Shown here piece by piece: positions 38,130-47,546 of a stretch of DNA of 64,000 nucleotides. The stretch is from Vicinamibacterales bacterium. Its GTDB lineage: Bacteria > Acidobacteriota > Vicinamibacteria > Vicinamibacterales > 2-12-FULL-66-21. The position numbers were made by a program, and so were the translations under genes. Numbering within the stretch: the stretch's first letter is position 1; each line of letters opens with the position of its first letter. The stretch is taken from NCBI GenBank assembly GCA_036258175.1, contig DATAEE010000027.1, positions 2,779 through 66,778 on the forward strand, written 5' to 3'. A model generated the notes under the pieces. It was not told the DNA's origin, made no database searches, and was given only the letters and a program-made list of their open reading frames with translations.

Positions 38130-38498
38130 CTAACGTCGCCCATCGAGAGCGAGGCGCACGTCGCAGAGCAGCACGTCTTCGCTGATCGGCTTCCGGAGAA
38201 AGGCGAGCGCGCCTTTCTCCAGCGCCCGATCTCGCATCTGGTCCGTGCCGTAGGCGCTCATGAAGATGATCGGAATGCGCGGGTTGAGCACCGCCAGCTC
38301 GCGCTGCAGGTCGAGCCCGCTCATCCCTGGCAACCGTACATCGAGGATGAGGCAGCCGGTCTCGTGATCGCCCTGCCGAAGGTACTCCTCCGCCGAACCG
38401 AACGTATCCGCCTCGAGTCCCGCCGACTGCAATAACCGCCGGAGCGCCCGTCGAATCGACTCGTCGTCATCCACGATCGTGACGAGTACTTCGCCCAT
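38130..38498 (-). CDS. Single-domain response regulator (CheY-like)
   Basis: MGEVLVTIVDDDESIRR...CLILDVRLPGMSGLDL...IIFMSAYG...FLRKP. GGAGAAGGA RBS. Confidence 0.85.
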   Translation of the reverse strand: MGEVLVTIVDDDESIRRALRRLLQSAGLEADTFGSAEEYLRQGDHETGCLILDVRLPGMSGLDLQRELAVLNPRIPIIFMSAYGTDQMRDRALEKGALAFLRKPISEDVLLCDVRLALDGRR

Positions 38499-38590
38499 TC
38501 CTTCTCCCGTCTCCGAGCCCACAGATGACGAGCGCCGGCGCCGCCGATGCCGCGACTTTAGCAGTCGGCAGGGCGGACGGGAATTGGACC

Positions 38591-39229
38591 TTAGTCTGAT
38601 CTGGCCTGTAGGATGCGCGACGGCGGAGGCAGGTGGTCCGCCATCCGTACGAGTTCCGCCAGCGAGCCGGCGTGCATCTTCTGCATCACCTGCGCCCGGT
38701 GGACTTTGACGGTTTTCTCCGAAATCCCGAGCTCGGCGGCGACCTGCTTGTTCAGGAGTCCTGTCACGACCAGGCGCATGACCTGCCGCTCCCGGGGGGT
38801 CAGGTCGTCGTACCGTCGGCGCAGCCCCGTCGCCTCCAATCGCTTGCGGAGCGCCTCGCGGTCGCGGTCGAGCGCCTTGCGAATCGCCTCGAGGAGCTCC
38901 TGCTCCCGGACCGGTTTGGTCAGGAATTCGGATGCGCCGGCTTTCATGGCGCGAACGGTCACGGGGATGTCCCCGTGACCCGTGAGGAAAATGATCGGCA
39001 GCGGCCGCTCGAACCCGGCCAGCTCCCGCTGCAGTTCGAGGCCGCTCGTGCCCGGCAGCCGCAAATCGAGGATGAGGCACTGCGGGCCGTCGACGCGAGA
39101 CGCGCGGAGAAAGTCGTCCGCCGTCCCGAACGTCTGACAGGCAAACCCCACCGATCCCAGCAACCGCTTCAGCGCGGTTCTGACGGACGCGTCATCGTCG
39201 ACGACGTAGACCGTCTGTTCATCAGGCAC
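38591..39229 (-). CDS. FixJ/NarL-type response regulator (REC + LuxR HTH)
   Basis: VYVVDDDASVR..LILDLRLPGTSGLEL..IFLTGHGD..TKP; LTPRERQVMRLVVTGLLNKQVAAELGISEKTVKVHR. GTG start overlaps the kinase stop by 8 nt. Confidence 0.88.
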   Translation of the reverse strand: MPDEQTVYVVDDDASVRTALKRLLGSVGFACQTFGTADDFLRASRVDGPQCLILDLRLPGTSGLELQRELAGFERPLPIIFLTGHGDIPVTVRAMKAGASEFLTKPVREQELLEAIRKALDRDREALRKRLEATGLRRRYDDLTPRERQVMRLVVTGLLNKQVAAELGISEKTVKVHRAQVMQKMHAGSLAELVRMADHLPPPSRILQARSD

Positions 39230-41636
39230 TCGGCACCCCCTCAGCCGGAAGGACGATATGGAACGTTGCGCCGCCGGTCGGATTGGGGACGGCCCAGAGC
39301 CGTCCGCCATGGGCCAGAACGATCGAGCGGGTGATGGCGAGACCCATGCCCATCCCCTCGGGTTTCGTCGTGAAAAACGGGTCGAAGATGCGCTCCGCCT
39401 CGCGCGGGTCGAGGCCGGTACCCGTATCGGACACGGCGACGAGCACGTCGCTCATCTCGCGCCAGGTCCGCAGGTGCAAGTGGCGCTCCCGGTCGACGTC
39501 GCGCATCGCATCCAGGCCGTTTACGATCAAGTTGAAGATAACCTGCTGAAGCTGGATGCGATCTCCCATCACGCCCGGGAGGTTGCCGGCGAGATCGGTC
39601 GAGCACCGAACGTGCTGTCGATCGGCGCGGCTCTGGGTGAGCGCGACCACTTCGCGAATGATCTGGTTGAGATCGATGGCCGTGTGCTCGACAGGGGTGT
39701 GCCGGAACAACTCGCGGGTCCGGCGAATGACTTCGCTCGCGCGATTACTGTCGGCGACGACATCCGTCAATGCGTCGCGGACGTCCCCGAGCTCGGCACC
39801 GCGTCCTTCGATCCAATGCATGCAGGCGTTCGCGTTCGCGACGATGGCGCACAGCGGCTGATCGATTTCGTGGGCGATCGACGCCGCGAGCTCGCCCAGT
39901 GCGGACATGCGGCTCATGCGCGCCAGCTCCATCTGCGCCCGGTGAAGCGCCTCTTCCGCCTCTTTGCGTTCCGTGATGTCGGTGGCGGTGCCGCTGGCGC
40001 GAACTGGCCGGGCGTCCACGCGCTGCACGATCGCACCTCTGGCCACAAACCACCTGGTGCTGCCGTCCTTGTGGAACACGCGGCACTCGAGCTCGACGGA
40101 CGGCACGCGGCCGTCCACGTGAGCTTTCATCCGCCTGCGGGCCTGCTCGAGATCAGACGGATGAAACAGGCGCACCCATTCGACCGCAAATCGGCCAGGC
40201 CCCCGCGGGTCGAGGCCAAGGTCGGTGTAGATCGACGCATCAACATAGACCTGATTCGTCTGCAGATCCCAGTCCCACACGCCGACGCGTGCCGCCGACG
40301 TCGCGAGCGCGTAGCGGCGTTCGCTGTCCCGAAGCCGCTCCTCGGCGCGTGTCCGCTCCGTGACGTCCTGCACGATCGAAAGCCGCTTGTCGCCATCGCA
40401 GCGCACAACGCGCGCCTGGTACGTGCGCTCCTCACCCTGAATGGGAAGCACATACTGCACGACCGATGGGTTGTGCTCGCTCGCAGTCGCGAACGCGGTG
40501 GCAAACTCCGCGGCGAGCGGCGGCGGAAGGACATCTTCGATCCGCTTGCCGAGGAAGTGGTCCGGCGACACGAGCAGCTTGCCCGGGTCCTGGGCGTGGT
40601 AGTCCAGGTACACACCGTCGGCTGTCTGCAGGAACATGAGATCCGGAATCGCATTGAGAATGGCGCTGTTGCGCGCTTGACTCTCCCGTAGCGCGGAATC
40701 CCATCGCGTCCGCGCCTCGCTCAACGCAGCGAGCAGCAGCAGCGGAATCGACGCAACGATCAGAAACACCTGGAGGGAGATGACGCTCGACACGGGCGTC
40801 GCGTTGACGAACGGCCCAACGCCGTCGCGCGCATTGGGAATCCACTGGAGCGCGACGACCGTCAGCGCTGCGGACAACCCGAACGGACCGAAGCGGACTG
40901 CGGCCCACAACAGCAGCGGGAGCGGCAGATACAGCAGCGCGGGAAGGCCGATGCTTCCCGCGGGGATCCAGCTGAAGGCGATCGCGTGTACGAGGAGCAA
41001 CCCTGCCAGCAGACCGCAGAACTCGAGCGCCCGCCCTGGACGTCGCCGCAGCTCGGCGATCGCCGCAGGCGCCAGGAAAATCACCGGTGCGAGCATTAAC
41101 GTCGTGGTCACGTTCGACAGGACGCGCGCGCGATAGGCCGACCAGAAGTTGGGCGCCCACCCGAGATTCATGTACAGGAACGCAGGCGCGAAGGAGGCCG
41201 CGATCGGCGCCGCAACGGCCGCAGCCACGAAGACGGCGGCGCCGCGCAGATCGGTTAAGTGCGGTTTCGAGCCCGCACAGAGCCGCATGATCCAGGCGGC
41301 CAGCAGCGCCTGAGAGGCGTTGCCCACGAAGCTGACCGCTTGCGCGCCGAGCACGAGGCCATTCTGCGTGTGGGCCGCCATGTGGCCGGTGAGGGCGGCC
41401 GCGAGCGCCGGGATCCAGAAGCTCGTTGGCAGCAGCAGCAAAACGGCCAGAAGAATCGCGTTCGGCGGCCAGAGGAAACCGATGCCGCTCTGAGGGAGCC
41501 GGAGCGCAAAGCCTGCGTGCGTAGCGAGATAGATGGAGACCGCGACGGAAAGGATCGTCCCGAGGACGCGCAGACGCACTCGGACCGAAGCCGCGTCCGC
41601 GGATCCGTAGGGGGCCCGGATTGCGACATCGCTCAC
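39222..41636 (-). CDS. Sensor histidine kinase: MASE1-like membrane domain, two PAS, HisKA, HATPase
   Basis: N-terminal about 300 aa polytopic (GFLWPPNAILLAVLLL). PAS segments. H-box LAASIAHEIDQPL. G-boxes DTGTGL, GMGMGLAI. Confidence 0.88.
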   Translation of the reverse strand: MSDVAIRAPYGSADAASVRVRLRVLGTILSVAVSIYLATHAGFALRLPQSGIGFLWPPNAILLAVLLLLPTSFWIPALAAALTGHMAAHTQNGLVLGAQAVSFVGNASQALLAAWIMRLCAGSKPHLTDLRGAAVFVAAAVAAPIAASFAPAFLYMNLGWAPNFWSAYRARVLSNVTTTLMLAPVIFLAPAAIAELRRRPGRALEFCGLLAGLLLVHAIAFSWIPAGSIGLPALLYLPLPLLLWAAVRFGPFGLSAALTVVALQWIPNARDGVGPFVNATPVSSVISLQVFLIVASIPLLLLAALSEARTRWDSALRESQARNSAILNAIPDLMFLQTADGVYLDYHAQDPGKLLVSPDHFLGKRIEDVLPPPLAAEFATAFATASEHNPSVVQYVLPIQGEERTYQARVVRCDGDKRLSIVQDVTERTRAEERLRDSERRYALATSAARVGVWDWDLQTNQVYVDASIYTDLGLDPRGPGRFAVEWVRLFHPSDLEQARRRMKAHVDGRVPSVELECRVFHKDGSTRWFVARGAIVQRVDARPVRASGTATDITERKEAEEALHRAQMELARMSRMSALGELAASIAHEIDQPLCAIVANANACMHWIEGRGAELGDVRDALTDVVADSNRASEVIRRTRELFRHTPVEHTAIDLNQIIREVVALTQSRADRQHVRCSTDLAGNLPGVMGDRIQLQQVIFNLIVNGLDAMRDVDRERHLHLRTWREMSDVLVAVSDTGTGLDPREAERIFDPFFTTKPEGMGMGLAITRSIVLAHGGRLWAVPNPTGGATFHIVLPAEGVPSA

Positions 41637-41805
41637 GCCCGTTTTGCTCCAACGAGCCTGCCGCCTCCGCCGCTCGCAGGCCGGACGGGTGCAGAGCCTC
41701 TCACCGTGACTTCAGAACGTCAGTCCATTCTATATCGCGCGGTCAGCCTCGCGGATTCGTCAAGTACCCGGTTGTGCCGGGCGGTGTTTGCGGTAGCATC
41801 AGCGC

Positions 41806-42195
41806 GTGACCACACACTATGACGATCGCCGCCAAGTTTTGGATCGCCGCCGCGCCGCGCGGGGCGGACGGCGGGATGGCGACCGGCCAGGGGCCGCTCC
41901 CCTGGTTCTCGTGGCCGACGACGATGCGGGTAGTGCCGCGCGGTCGGAAGCTATCCTTTGCCGGCTCCGATTCGCGGTGGCGCCGGCGGCGAGCGTCGAG
42001 GAAGCCGTTCGAGTGATGCGCGCGCTACGGCCCGAAGTTGTCGTCGCCCGGCTTCGAGACAACGAACGGTTGAAGTACGAAATGCGTAAGGATCCCATCA
42101 CGGCCGATATACCGGTTGTCGAAATAAACGACGGTGCGGCCGAACCTGAACACTTTGTCGAGGAAGTGCGGGCTGCTCTAAGGCCGCCGCCCTAA
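41806..42195 (+). CDS. Receiver-like domain protein with Arg-rich N-terminus, apparently lacking the phospho-acceptor Asp
   Basis: LVLVADDDAGS acidic pocket is present, but the expected D position reads PEVVVARL. N-terminus DRRQVLDRRRAARGGRRDGDR. Confidence 0.5.
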   Translation: MTTHYDDRRQVLDRRRAARGGRRDGDRPGAAPLVLVADDDAGSAARSEAILCRLRFAVAPAASVEEAVRVMRALRPEVVVARLRDNERLKYEMRKDPITADIPVVEINDGAAEPEHFVEEVRAALRPPP

Positions 42196-42265
42196 CTTTG
42201 CGATAACAAAGGGGTTCGTGCTACTCTGACCGGGTAGCGCCGGCTCCCCGGCCGAAACAGCTGCA

Positions 42266-43336
42266 GTGAGCAGACCCAACCCGCTCGAGGTGAACCTCGG
42301 GCTCGTGCCGCGCGCGCGTGTCGATATCGTCGATCCGCGGCCCTCGCTTTCGGCCGCCGACCGCGTGGCCCTCAAGCCCTTTTCCCGGTGTCTTTACTGG
42401 TCCAGCCACACCACTGCGGGGTTCCTCGAACGGGCCCTCGCCGCGCGGCTGATGCGACGGAAAGCCACTGTCGGGTATCTCGACGCGTTCCGCGCCCTGT
42501 TCCCCGAAGACGGCGGCTACGAGCACGATCGCCTGGACCAGCGCACTGAGCTGGCGCCCGAGCAGCGTCTCATCGAACCGAGGAACGCCGACTCGCACCT
42601 CGCCTTCATCGCCGCCGGGCTGCGCACCTGCGTCAGCTTCCCGAATCGGGCCAACGAGCCGGTGCGCTTCGTCGACCTCGACGGTATGCACGCCGGCCAA
42701 CCGCGTCAGCGCCTGACCCGGATCATCGGTTATCAGCGGGAAGAGGAGATCGAGCGCATCCGGATTGAGGTGCCGGTCTCGGCGCATCCGGTCGACTCGA
42801 TCAACCTGAAGGATCCCAGGCTGGGCATCTACGAGCAGCTGAACGCTCTCATCGAGCGGCACGACCTGACGAAAGGGCGTCTCAGGATGGCGCTCGATCA
42901 CGGGGAGCGCCACGCGGGGTTGACGGTCAACGAGTACGAAACGCTGCTCATGCGCTACGACCTCGCCGAGGTGCTGCGGAACCCGCTGCGGTTCGCCGCG
43001 CAGCAGGCGCGGAACGCGCTGAAGGACCCGCGCTCGGTGCCCGTCAAGACGCTCGGCTACGCGAAATACGATCTCGTCCGCGTGGTCAACCAGGTGGTCG
43101 ACGCGCTCGGCCTGCGCGAGTCGGTCGTCGAGCGCTTGGTCTCGCGCGCGCTAGCCGCGCCGGCGGCGCGGTTCCTGCGCATGAAGCGCCGGGTGGACCT
43201 GCTCGTCTCGGACACCAACGGTGACGGCCACGCCAGGCTCATCGAGGGGACCTATCAGAGCCCGATCCTCGTCCAGTGGCACCGCGCGCCGCATCAGGCC
43301 CGCTTCCTGGACGTCACGCTCACACGCCTGCTGTGA
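42266..43336 (+). CDS. Expanded YjbQ/UPF0047-like protein (356 aa)
   Basis: SSHTTAGFLE, GGYEHD, NADSHLAFIAAGL in the N-terminal half. A second HAGLTVNEYE and the terminal GTYQSPILVQWH motif in the C-terminal half. Confidence 0.55.
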   Translation: MSRPNPLEVNLGLVPRARVDIVDPRPSLSAADRVALKPFSRCLYWSSHTTAGFLERALAARLMRRKATVGYLDAFRALFPEDGGYEHDRLDQRTELAPEQRLIEPRNADSHLAFIAAGLRTCVSFPNRANEPVRFVDLDGMHAGQPRQRLTRIIGYQREEEIERIRIEVPVSAHPVDSINLKDPRLGIYEQLNALIERHDLTKGRLRMALDHGERHAGLTVNEYETLLMRYDLAEVLRNPLRFAAQQARNALKDPRSVPVKTLGYAKYDLVRVVNQVVDALGLRESVVERLVSRALAAPAARFLRMKRRVDLLVSDTNGDGHARLIEGTYQSPILVQWHRAPHQARFLDVTLTRLL

Positions 43337-43617
43337 CCGACGAGGAACGCGACGAAATTCTCCGGCTGCTCGCGAGCTATGACGACATGACGCGCGCGAT
43401 CATGACGCTCGTCAAGCTCGTACACGCCGCGCCCGACATCGAGCTGGACACGAAGCACGCGAGCCTGGTCGCGGAGGTCGCCGCGCTGGCGCCCGTGTGG
43501 CGTAGCCACGCCGCGACCGCGCGCGCGAAGCTTCTGCTGGAGCGACGCCAGAGAGCCGCAGATCCGCCGTCGGACGCCTACCACGGCGTCGAGCGGCGGC
43601 GATCTTGGGAAGAATGA
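43333..43617 (+). CDS. Small helical hypothetical protein (94 aa)
   Basis: GTG overlaps the upstream stop (GTGA). VTDEERDEILRLLASYDDMTRAIMTLVKL... Confidence 0.45.
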   Translation: MTDEERDEILRLLASYDDMTRAIMTLVKLVHAAPDIELDTKHASLVAEVAALAPVWRSHAATARAKLLLERRQRAADPPSDAYHGVERRRSWEE

Positions 43618-43618
43618 C

Positions 43619-43646
43619 GTAGGCCCGACCTGAAGGTCGGGCCTAC
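43619..43646. terminator. REP-like hairpin / bidirectional terminator
   Basis: GTAGGCCCGACC-tgaa-GGTCGGGCCTAC: 12-bp perfect stem. Overlaps the stop of the minus-strand gene. Confidence 0.6.
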
Positions 43647-44134
43647 GGTGTCGTCTTGCGGGTTTCGAAATCCACGGGATTCAACGGCACGTCCCAGTGC
43701 GCGTCGAGAATCTCGAACCGCCGCGCCTCTTCCTTCCTGAACTTCGCCTGGTCGGGATACAGCTTCTTGACGATCTCTTCCTCGGACGGCCCCGGCGCCG
43801 GTTCGCGCGCGACGAGCTCCACGGCGAACGTCCAGTCGGCGCGTCCATCGCCGTGATAGCGCGGCGCGTAGGTGCGGACGGCCGAATAGGCCCCGCCCTG
43901 CATCCGCGCCTTCAGCACGGGATAGTGATTGCGCTGAAAGAGATCGAGAAACTCGTCCTGGTGACCCCACTTCACTTTGTAGAAGTACCAGGTTGTGACT
44001 TCGCGGGCCTGAGAACCCTGGGTTCCAGAGGTTCCAGAGGTTCCAGGGGTTCCAGGGGTTCCAGGGGTTCTTGGGTTCCCTGATGTTCCAATCGTTCCGG
44101 CGAAGAGCATGGCTGCGAGCGCGAAGTAGCGCAT
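43643..44134 (-). CDS. Secreted hypothetical protein with a Gly-Thr-Pro/Ser repeat linker
   Basis: Start at MRYFALAAMLFAG (signal), then GNPRTPGTPGTPGTSGTSGTQGS, then a compact alpha/beta-looking domain (TTWYFYKVKWGHQDEF...). Confidence 0.65.
   Translation of the reverse strand: MRYFALAAMLFAGTIGTSGNPRTPGTPGTPGTSGTSGTQGSQAREVTTWYFYKVKWGHQDEFLDLFQRNHYPVLKARMQGGAYSAVRTYAPRYHGDGRADWTFAVELVAREPAPGPSEEEIVKKLYPDQAKFRKEEARRFEILDAHWDVPLNPVDFETRKTTP
44021..44074. repeat. Six tandem 9-bp units (GGTTCCAGR) inside a CDS
   Basis: ggttccaga x2, ggttccagg x3, ggttcttgg. In frame; encodes the GTP/GTS repeats on the minus strand. Confidence 0.85.
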
Positions 44135-44290
44135 GGTGGCGGCTCCGTGACACGGCATACTCTCACACCTTGCCCTCGCACAGTTTCAAGCCGGCTTCGA
44201 CGAGCGGGGCGAGACCGCGAGGCCTCCGCGGCAATGGGGGCCACGTGCGCTCGCGTCCTTCATCCTCAATCTGTTTCAGTTCTGCCGCGG

Positions 44291-44362
44291 TCAGCCCGCG
44301 CGCCTCGAGGCGCAGCCGGCCAGCAACCCGAGGAACGCCGCCAGGGCTGCACGGTTTGCCAT
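44291..44362 (-). other. 23-codon ORF with a lipobox, 5 nt after the ADOP stop; may be the head of a frameshifted small lipoprotein
   Basis: MANRAALAAFLGLLAGCASRRAG*. A different frame continues ...LTAAELKQIEDEGRERTWPPLP...CEGKV to 44163. Confidence 0.3.
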
Positions 44363-44367
44363 GCGAG

Positions 44368-47001
44368 CTACTCGTGCCGCAGCGCGGTGACCGGGTCGAG
44401 CCGCGTCGCGCGTCGCGCCGGCCACAAGCAAGCCGCAAGCGCGACTGCAACCAGTAGCACCGCAATCGAGGCGAGGGTTGCTGGATCGGTGGTGCTCGTC
44501 TGCATCAGGAAGCTTTGCAGCAGTCTCCCGATGACGAGCGCGCCGCCAAAGCCGGCCACCAGCCCTGCTCCAAGTGGAAGAAGCGCCTGTCGGACGAACA
44601 GCCGTACGACGTCGCCTCTCTGTGCGCCGAGCGCCATGCGGACGCCGATCTCCTGCGTGCGCTGCCTCACCGAGTACGCGGTCATTGCGTAGAGTCCGAC
44701 GGCCGACACGGCGAGCGCGACAGCGGCAAAGACGGCGAACATCAAGCCAAAGACGCGATGCGCCCAGCGCGACTGCCCCTCCAGCACGCGCAGAGAAATG
44801 ATGCCGGACACCGCCAGCTCGGGATCCAGCGCCTGGACTTCCTGCCGGACGAGTGCGGCAAGGCCCTCTGGCGCTGGGCCGCGCACAAGCAGCGTCGCGA
44901 AGGGTCGAAGGTCCGCACGCATCGGGACGTAGGCGACCGGATCGAGCTCCTGCAGATCGACCGGCTGCTGCTGACGGATCGACGGCGACACGCCGACGAT
45001 GGTCAGCCACGGAGGTTGGGCACCCGCGGCGACAGGGTCTGACAGTCGGATGCGCCGGCCGAGCGGCTCCTCGTTCGGGAAGTGCAGTCCGGCGAGGCGT
45101 TCATTCACGATGACGGTCTCCTGCCCGGGCGTACCGTCAAGCGCGGTGAACGCCCGCCCTCGCAGCAGCGGCACACCCAACGCCTCGAAGTACTCAGGAC
45201 CGATCGCAACGAAGGACACGTTCGGCGTGGTCCCGTCTTTCGGCGGAGGACGTCCGTCAACGGTCAGCGTACGGCGGCGGGCTCCCGCGAACGGCACATT
45301 ACTTGTGAGCGAGGCAGATGCGATCGGCCCTATTCCCTGCAGCCGCTCCATCAGACGGTCGTAGAAGACCGTCCACTGCTCTCGCGGGTATCTCTGAACC
45401 GGCAGCGTCACACCCATCGCCACAACGTGCGAGCCGTCCACGACCTCGTCTGCCCGATGGAGCGCGAGAAAGCTCCGCATCATGAGGCCAGCACCCGCCA
45501 GCAGCACGAGCGTGAACGCGAGCTCTATGCCAATAAGCCCGCGCATCCAGCGCCGGGATCGGGCGCTCCCGAACGCGGTCCGGCCGGATTCCTTCAGGAC
45601 GTCGTACACGCCGCTCCTGGACAGGTGGAGCGCCGGCACGAGCCCGAAGATCAACCCGCTGCCCAGACACGCGGCCGCCATGAAACCAATCACTCGTGTA
45701 TCCATCGTCCACTGGATGTTGTATGGAAAGTTGATTCCGTGAACGTGACTCACGAAGGCGCGCAGACCGACGAACGCGAGCACGAAGCCCAGAATGCCGG
45801 CGACGATGAGCAGCAGCGCGCTCTCGACGAGCAGCTGCCGGACGATCCGCCACCTGGTCGCGCCGAGCGACGCCCGCATCGCCATCTCCCGCTGCCGGAA
45901 TGCCGCCCGCGCGAGCAACAGGTTCGCGATATTCGCGCACGCGATCAACAGCACGAACCCGACGGCGCCGAGGAGCGCCGCGAAAATCCTTCGTCCGGCG
46001 CTGCTGTCGACAAATGGCGTGACCGTCGCGCCCAGCTCCTTGTTCGTGTCTGGAAACGCAGCGGCGAGACGCTTCGCTACTGCTGTCAACTCCGTCTGCG
46101 CCTCGGGTAGCTCCTTCCGGATAGCGAGACGTGCGAAGACGCTCAGCGTCCTGGCGTCGCGCTTCTGTCTCGCCAGGCCGGGCATGTGCGCGAGGGGCTG
46201 CCAGATATCGGATACGACGGGGAATCTGAACCCCTCCGGCATGACGCCGACGACCACCGCCGGCACACCGTTGACGCGAATCGTCCGGCCGACGACGGCG
46301 GGGTCGTTGCTGTAGCGTCCATTCCAGACGCGATAGCCGAGAATGACGACCGGCGGAGCCTCCGGACGATCGTCCTCGGGACGAAAATCCCGGCCGAGCA
46401 TCGGGCGATCGCCGACCAGCCGGAAGGCGTTCCACGACAGATACGAGCCAGAGAAGCGATCGGGCGCGGCAGTCTCGTCGGCGACGATCAGCTGCGTGTC
46501 GCTATAGGCGGCGACGCCGTCGAACACCGTTGTCGACGCGCGCCAGTCCTCGAAATCCGCGAACGACACGGGCAGCGACCGCCCGGCCGCGTTGCGGCTG
46601 TTCAGACGCACGACGCGATCCGGCTCGTCGACGGGCAGCCCTCGCGACAACGCGTTCACGACGGTGAACACGGTGCCATTGACCCCAATCCCGAGCGCCA
46701 GCGTCGTGACCGCTACGAGCGTAAACGCGCGGTCCTTCAACAACAGACGCGCGGCGAAGCGCAGATCCTGGCCGACGTCCTGGAGCCAGGACGGGATCCA
46801 CACGTCGCGCGCCCGCTCGCGCGCCAGCAGGACATTGCCGAGCGCGCGGCGTGACTGGAGCGCAGCCTCGGCCGGCGTCAGGCCGCGGCGCTCCAGCTCT
46901 TCTTCCTTCAGCTCGCGATGATGCTCGATCTCTTCAGCGAGGTCGGCCTCGAGTCGCCGCCGGCGAACGACATACCACGCGCGGCGAAGGAACTCGCGCA
47001 T
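44368..47001 (-). CDS. ADOP-family duplicated FtsX/MacB-type permease (877 aa)
   Basis: N-terminal MREFLRRAWYVVRRRRLEADLAEEIEHHRE...; two MacB_PCD + FtsX modules; no ATPase gene nearby; PadR immediately upstream. Confidence 0.88.
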   Translation of the reverse strand: MREFLRRAWYVVRRRRLEADLAEEIEHHRELKEEELERRGLTPAEAALQSRRALGNVLLARERARDVWIPSWLQDVGQDLRFAARLLLKDRAFTLVAVTTLALGIGVNGTVFTVVNALSRGLPVDEPDRVVRLNSRNAAGRSLPVSFADFEDWRASTTVFDGVAAYSDTQLIVADETAAPDRFSGSYLSWNAFRLVGDRPMLGRDFRPEDDRPEAPPVVILGYRVWNGRYSNDPAVVGRTIRVNGVPAVVVGVMPEGFRFPVVSDIWQPLAHMPGLARQKRDARTLSVFARLAIRKELPEAQTELTAVAKRLAAAFPDTNKELGATVTPFVDSSAGRRIFAALLGAVGFVLLIACANIANLLLARAAFRQREMAMRASLGATRWRIVRQLLVESALLLIVAGILGFVLAFVGLRAFVSHVHGINFPYNIQWTMDTRVIGFMAAACLGSGLIFGLVPALHLSRSGVYDVLKESGRTAFGSARSRRWMRGLIGIELAFTLVLLAGAGLMMRSFLALHRADEVVDGSHVVAMGVTLPVQRYPREQWTVFYDRLMERLQGIGPIASASLTSNVPFAGARRRTLTVDGRPPPKDGTTPNVSFVAIGPEYFEALGVPLLRGRAFTALDGTPGQETVIVNERLAGLHFPNEEPLGRRIRLSDPVAAGAQPPWLTIVGVSPSIRQQQPVDLQELDPVAYVPMRADLRPFATLLVRGPAPEGLAALVRQEVQALDPELAVSGIISLRVLEGQSRWAHRVFGLMFAVFAAVALAVSAVGLYAMTAYSVRQRTQEIGVRMALGAQRGDVVRLFVRQALLPLGAGLVAGFGGALVIGRLLQSFLMQTSTTDPATLASIAVLLVAVALAACLWPARRATRLDPVTALRHE

Positions 47002-47005
47002 CGCC

Positions 47006-47341
47006 TCAGGCCGTATCCAGAACTTTGTGGATGGCGAGGATGAGCCGATCGAACTCCTTTCGTTCGACCGCGAGCTGCTTGCGGCCGGCGGCGGTGACCG
47101 TGTAGTAGCGCGCGCGTCGATTGTTTTCCGACGCGCCCCACTCAGCCTTGACCCAGCCTTTCAGGAGCAGCCGCTGCAGCGCAGGATAGAGGGAGCTCTC
47201 ACCTACCTGCAGCACGTCTTCGGACACGACCTGGATGTGCTGCGCGATGCCGTATCCGTGCTTCGAGCCGGGTCCGAGCGCCTTGAGGATCAGCAACTCG
47301 AGCGTGCCGGGCAACAGATCGGCCGCCTCGGTCCTTCCCAT
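47006..47341 (-). CDS. PadR family transcriptional regulator
   Basis: LELLILKALGPGSKHGYGIAQHI...GESSLYPALQRLLLKGWV...RRARYYTVTAAGRKQL. Confidence 0.9.
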   Translation of the reverse strand: MGRTEAADLLPGTLELLILKALGPGSKHGYGIAQHIQVVSEDVLQVGESSLYPALQRLLLKGWVKAEWGASENNRRARYYTVTAAGRKQLAVERKEFDRLILAIHKVLDTA

Positions 47342-47546
47342 CGTCTGCCGATGGGAGGATGGATCAACGCGGCGGTCGTGTCAAGCGATCAGCTTTTTCA
47401 GAACTCTTCAGCCGTCGCTCACGACCTGGCCACGCACTCTCCGTACCGGTCGGGTTGAGGATCGGGACGATGACCCCGATCGGTCGCAAATAAACAATCG
47501 ATCTCACGTCGGTCAGGGATTGAACCGATAAGAAAATATTGCAGAG

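Noticed and set aside
41764-41796. TTGTGC-N16-TAGCAT sigma-70-like promoter just before GTG 41806.
   Set aside because: Both hexamers are only 4/6 matches, and it would imply a leaderless GTG start. There is no supporting evidence.
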